64,000 nucleotides of DNA from an uncultured Cytophagia bacterium (GTDB lineage Bacteria; Zhuqueibacterota; Zhuqueibacteria; Oceanimicrobiales; Oceanimicrobiaceae), in the NCBI GenBank assembly GCA_964539665.1, contig CAZIKB010000003.1:60062-124061 (forward strand), given 5' to 3'. Every line of letters begins with the position of its first letter. Positions within the stretch are counted from its first letter, which is position 1. Under the pieces are notes generated by a model. It was not told the DNA's origin. It saw only the letters and a list, made by a program, of their open reading frames with translations, and searched no databases. Positions 60,753 to 64,000 of this stretch are shown in pieces. The position numbers were made by a program, and so were the translations under genes.

Positions 60753-61275
60753 ATAGAAATTTATCAAATTAATGCTAACCTGAAAGATATCACAAGCCAC
60801 GCGATTGTTTTATTTGGAAGAAAGGCTATCGCAATCGAGACGATTGTGTGGCTACAACCGAGCGCTTCCTGAATGCCTGCATGAAACTGACCTTTTTACA
60901 AAAGGTTAGTTTCTTTTTTAACTAAACACACACAAACCTTTTTCAAGAAGGTCTGCGTTTCCTTATAGTAATATGTTTAACAATGAAACAATTGTACAAA
61001 ATAAATACATGGAAAATCAGAAAAATTAATTCATTTGATAAAATCATATTTTAAAATTTAGATAATACTTTATAAATTAAGGAGTTGAAAATAGCACAAA
61101 ATAATGCCACTCTGGCATAAATATTGCCATTTTTCTTTGGAATAAAAATAAATTCAATATAAGGTAGTTAGTTCCTGTTTTTTAAAAATTGAATTAAGTT
61201 AGTGCTTTAATTTCCGATACTTAACATATCACAAGCATTTAAAAAGTGTTGCTATTTTGGGTTGGATAAGATACT

Positions 61276-62013
61276 ATGAAAAACGGATTTAAGGTAGCGA
61301 TTTTAGTTCCGGCATTGAACGAAGCGGATACTATCGAAAATGTTATAAAAGGGATAAAAAAAAACAATCCTGACTTTGACGTTGTTGTAATTGATGATGG
61401 CTCAACCGATAAAACAGCCGAACTGGCTGAACGTGCAGGAGCTGCCGTTCTTTCGCTTACTGTAAATTTAGGTTATGGTGCAGCCCTTCAAACGGGGTAT
61501 AAATATGCATTATTGAATGGATATGATTACACTGTGCAAATTGATGGGGACGGCCAGCACGACCCTAAATATATTAATAATTTAATCGAAACGGTGCAAA
61601 ATGGCACTGATGTAGCCATTGGCTCGAGATTTCTTGATAACCTTGGTAATTACAATCATCCAACCCTTCGCCAGATTGGAATGATGTTTTTCCGATTTTT
61701 AATTTATCTGTTTATCAATCAAAAAATATCAGATCCAACTTCAGGCTTTCAAGCCTTGAATAAAAATGTTATTTCCTATTTCGCGAAGAGCAAACAGTAT
61801 CCTTCGGATTTTCCGGATGCAGATATCATTATCCTGCTGCATTATGCCGGATTTCGAATTTCTGAGGTTCCGGTTGTCATGTTTAGAAACGAAACTGGCA
61901 AATCTATGCATAGTGGATTCAAGCCAATCTATTATATTATTAAAATGCTATTATCCATTTATGCAGTTCTTTTTGGCAACCAAAAACTTACATATACTAA
62001 AAATGCCACTTAA
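61276..62013 (+). CDS. GT2 polyprenyl-phosphate sugar synthase (GtrB/DPM1-like)
   Basis: It has VAILVPALNE, VIDDGSTDKT and QIDGDGQHDP motifs. Length is 245 aa. Confidence 0.75.
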   Translation: MKNGFKVAILVPALNEADTIENVIKGIKKNNPDFDVVVIDDGSTDKTAELAERAGAAVLSLTVNLGYGAALQTGYKYALLNGYDYTVQIDGDGQHDPKYINNLIETVQNGTDVAIGSRFLDNLGNYNHPTLRQIGMMFFRFLIYLFINQKISDPTSGFQALNKNVISYFAKSKQYPSDFPDADIIILLHYAGFRISEVPVVMFRNETGKSMHSGFKPIYYIIKMLLSIYAVLFGNQKLTYTKNAT

Positions 62014-62389
62014 AGCACAAATTATAATAATCGTTTTAAGTTTATCTCTTTTTCTTTTTGTTTTAAATTTAATTCGAAAACGACAACTAAATATTGAGCA
62101 TTCTATCCTGTGGTTAGTGGTAAGTGTGACGATTTTAATTGCTTCAATCTGGCATAATTTAGCGGACCAGGTTGCATTATTTTTAGGCATTGAATATCCT
62201 CCAGCTTTATTTTTATCCGTTGCTATTTTCTTTTCTCTCGCAATACTTATGCACTTTTCAATTGAACTTTCAAAATTAAAAGATCAAAACAAAACTTTAA
62301 TACAGGAACTGGCAATTTACAAGAACTTAATTAAAAAACTTGAAAAAAAGATAACGGAAGTTGATGAGAGTCTTAACAGTAACCCATGA
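62003..62389 (+). CDS. DUF2304-family small membrane protein (partner of GtrB-like GT2)
   Basis: Read manually from the ATG at 62003, it begins MPLKAQIIIIVLSLSLFLFVLNLIRKRQLNIEHSILW... and has 2-3 TM segments plus a C-terminal coiled segment. The ORF-track call at 61766 is an in-frame upstream extension. Confidence 0.5.
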   Translation: MPLKAQIIIIVLSLSLFLFVLNLIRKRQLNIEHSILWLVVSVTILIASIWHNLADQVALFLGIEYPPALFLSVAIFFSLAILMHFSIELSKLKDQNKTLIQELAIYKNLIKKLEKKITEVDESLNSNP

Positions 62390-63401
62390 TAAAGAGCAAA
62401 TTTGGGATAATTTTGCATTAAATCATCCTGATGCAACCATGTATCATTTGTTTGGGTGGAAAAATGTCTTTGAATCTGTATTTGGATATAAGCCATTTTA
62501 CCTGATGGCTGTGAACTCAATGGATGAGCCTGAGGGTATCCTCCCCATGTTTAGCATGATGGACATGTTTCGTCGCAAATATTTAATTTCTAATCCTTTT
62601 TCCAATTTTGCAGGCATCTGCGCTAATTGCCGGGAAGCGGAGGAAAGTCTGTTAAATAAAGCAATCGAAATAGCTGCAAATTCAGGGGCACGTTACGTGG
62701 AGCTGAGGCAGTTGAATAAAAAGATATCGTCTGACCTGCCGACTAAAGAATCCTTTGTAACATTAATGCTAAACCTCCCTTCAAACTCAGAATTTGTTTG
62801 GGATTCCATTTCTTCAAGAAATAGAAATAAAATTAGAAAAGCTGAAAAAAATGGTTTGGAAGTGGATTTTGGAATGCAATTTCTGAATCAATTTTATGCC
62901 ATTTACGCAAGAAATATGAAGTTCTTAGGCACGCCTGTTTTTCCCTTGCAAATGTTTGAAGCGGTTGCGAAAATTTTCGCTGATCGGGTAGAACTGCTTG
63001 TTTTAAAAAAGAATAGCGAGCCAGTTTCCGGAATGTTTCTATTTAAGTTCAAAAAAGTTATATCCGAACCCTGGGTGGCTTCTTTAAGAATATTAAATAA
63101 AATTTATGTTAATAATTATTTGTATTGGCAGGCAATTAAATATGCGTGTAACCAGGAGTTTATTGTATTTGATTTTGGGCGTTCAACGGTTGATACTGGG
63201 ACTTATGATTTTAAAAAACAATGGGGCGCTGAACCTGTTCCGCTGCAATATCAATATTATTTAAACAAGGCCAGGGAAATTCCTGTAGTAGATGCCATTA
63301 ATAATAAGTATCAAAAGATAATTGATATTTGGAAGAAATTACCGCTTGGACTTACAAATTTTGTGGGACCCAAAGTGGTACAATATTTGCCTGAACTTTG
63401 A
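62361..63401 (+). CDS. FemAB-family/GNAT-fold acyl or aminoacyl transferase (as found in exosortase/PEP-CTERM EPS loci)
   Basis: The 346 aa protein has a two-lobed architecture with YHLFGW and ARNMKFLGTPVFP motifs. Confidence 0.45.
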   Translation: MMRVLTVTHDKEQIWDNFALNHPDATMYHLFGWKNVFESVFGYKPFYLMAVNSMDEPEGILPMFSMMDMFRRKYLISNPFSNFAGICANCREAEESLLNKAIEIAANSGARYVELRQLNKKISSDLPTKESFVTLMLNLPSNSEFVWDSISSRNRNKIRKAEKNGLEVDFGMQFLNQFYAIYARNMKFLGTPVFPLQMFEAVAKIFADRVELLVLKKNSEPVSGMFLFKFKKVISEPWVASLRILNKIYVNNYLYWQAIKYACNQEFIVFDFGRSTVDTGTYDFKKQWGAEPVPLQYQYYLNKAREIPVVDAINNKYQKIIDIWKKLPLGLTNFVGPKVVQYLPEL

Positions 63402-63418
63402 CAGGGAAAGAATATCAA

Positions 63419-64000
63419 ATGATGAATTTATTAACATTTGACATTGAAGATTGGTACCATCCGAATCTTGTATCTCATGATTCTATGGACATCTCAAAAT
63501 ATGAAGATAGGGTTGTAGAACCTACATTAAGAATAATCAATATGTTAGCTGAAACTAATAATAAGGCTACTTTTTTTGTTTTGGGTGAAGTTGCAATGAA
63601 ATTTCCAGAACTCATTCAGGAAATTGTTAAAAAAGGTCATGAAGTGGGTTCACACGGGTACCGCCATAATTTGATCTATAATTATACAAAATACCAATTT
63701 GAAACAGATATTAATAAGTCAGTTAAACTACTTGAGAATACCATTAATCAAAAAATCCTGGGGTATCGCGCTCCTTCATGGTCATTAAATGAAAAAACAC
63801 CCTGGGTGTGGGAAGTTCTCAACGCATTTGGTTTCGAATATGATTCAAGTATGTATCCCTACAAAACTTTCTTGTTTGGCAACAACAATTCACCAAGGTT
63901 TGAATATGATATCGAACTACAAAATGGCAGTAAGATTAAAGAAATTCCTCCCTCAGCAGCAGAGATAATGAAAAAACGAGTGCCATTTGCCGGCGGATTT
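63419..64000 (+). CDS. Polysaccharide deacetylase family protein (carbohydrate esterase 4-like), 3' end outside the window
   Basis: It begins MMNLLTFDIEDWYHP, has an ATFFVLGEVA...GHEVGSHGYRH motif, and is open to the window end. Confidence 0.6.
   Translation, partial: MMNLLTFDIEDWYHPNLVSHDSMDISKYEDRVVEPTLRIINMLAETNNKATFFVLGEVAMKFPELIQEIVKKGHEVGSHGYRHNLIYNYTKYQFETDINKSVKLLENTINQKILGYRAPSWSLNEKTPWVWEVLNAFGFEYDSSMYPYKTFLFGNNNSPRFEYDIELQNGSKIKEIPPSAAEIMKKRVPFAGGF

Noticed and set aside
60781-60860. Imperfect inverted repeat CACAAGCCACGCGATTG / CGATTGTGTGGCTAC after the GT4 gene
   Set aside because: Only about 6 contiguous complementary bases pair (AGCCAC/GTGGCT). The rest mismatches, which is too weak to call a structured element.
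61766-62389. 207-aa ORF-track call overlapping the 3' half of the GtrB-like GT2 gene
   Set aside because: The upstream 80 codons are an out-of-frame read-through of the GT2 gene. The real product is the DUF2304 protein starting at the ATG at 62003.
1-64000. Search for a CRISPR array, tRNA or rRNA genes, transposase or integrase genes and toxin-antitoxin or defence cassettes
   Set aside because: No direct-repeat/spacer periodicity, no cloverleaf-compatible segments and no DDE/tyrosine-recombinase-like ORFs were found. The only RHH-like small protein (52796) has no adjacent toxin partner.

Overview
This window is a single-orientation (all + strand) polysaccharide biosynthesis and decoration locus of about 64 kb from an AT-rich bacterium, with roughly 48 tightly packed and often overlapping genes. 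Backbone genes include at least ten GT2/GT4 glycosyltransferases, two GT-C (PMT/ArnT-like) membrane glycosyltransferases, three tandem polyprenyl-phosphate sugar synthase-like GT2 paralogs, two Wzx-like MOP flippases, a Wzy/O-antigen-ligase-like protein and two secreted or anchored glycoside hydrolases (one GH39/PslG-like). Sugar-nucleotide tailoring enzymes are also present: three SDR epimerase/dehydratases, one fused to a Gfo/Idh/MocA oxidoreductase, and two AsnB-like amidotransferases. An unusually rich decoration toolkit follows. It includes a dedicated carbamoyl-phosphate synthetase (carA-carB) translationally coupled to a NodU/CmcH carbamoyltransferase, a second carbamoyltransferase, and SxtJ/SxtK-like small membrane proteins. 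It also has two SAM methyltransferases, a hexapeptide acyltransferase and a GlpA/GlpD-like FAD oxidoreductase. Most striking is a sulfate-activation module at about 37-60 kb. It comprises an ATP sulfurylase fused to an alkaline-phosphatase-superfamily phosphodiesterase-like domain, an APS kinase (CysC) with a C-terminal extension, three more PDE-like AP-superfamily paralogs, and three sulfatase-family proteins whose formylglycine Cys is replaced by Thr. A short C-terminal tail of the form [KR]-L-x-x-L-G-Y-[ILV] recurs on six otherwise unrelated proteins of this module. The 3' end runs into FemAB-like and polysaccharide-deacetylase genes typical of exosortase-associated EPS loci. No rRNA, tRNA, CRISPR or transposase genes were seen. 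All minus-strand ORFs in the track look like shadow ORFs.
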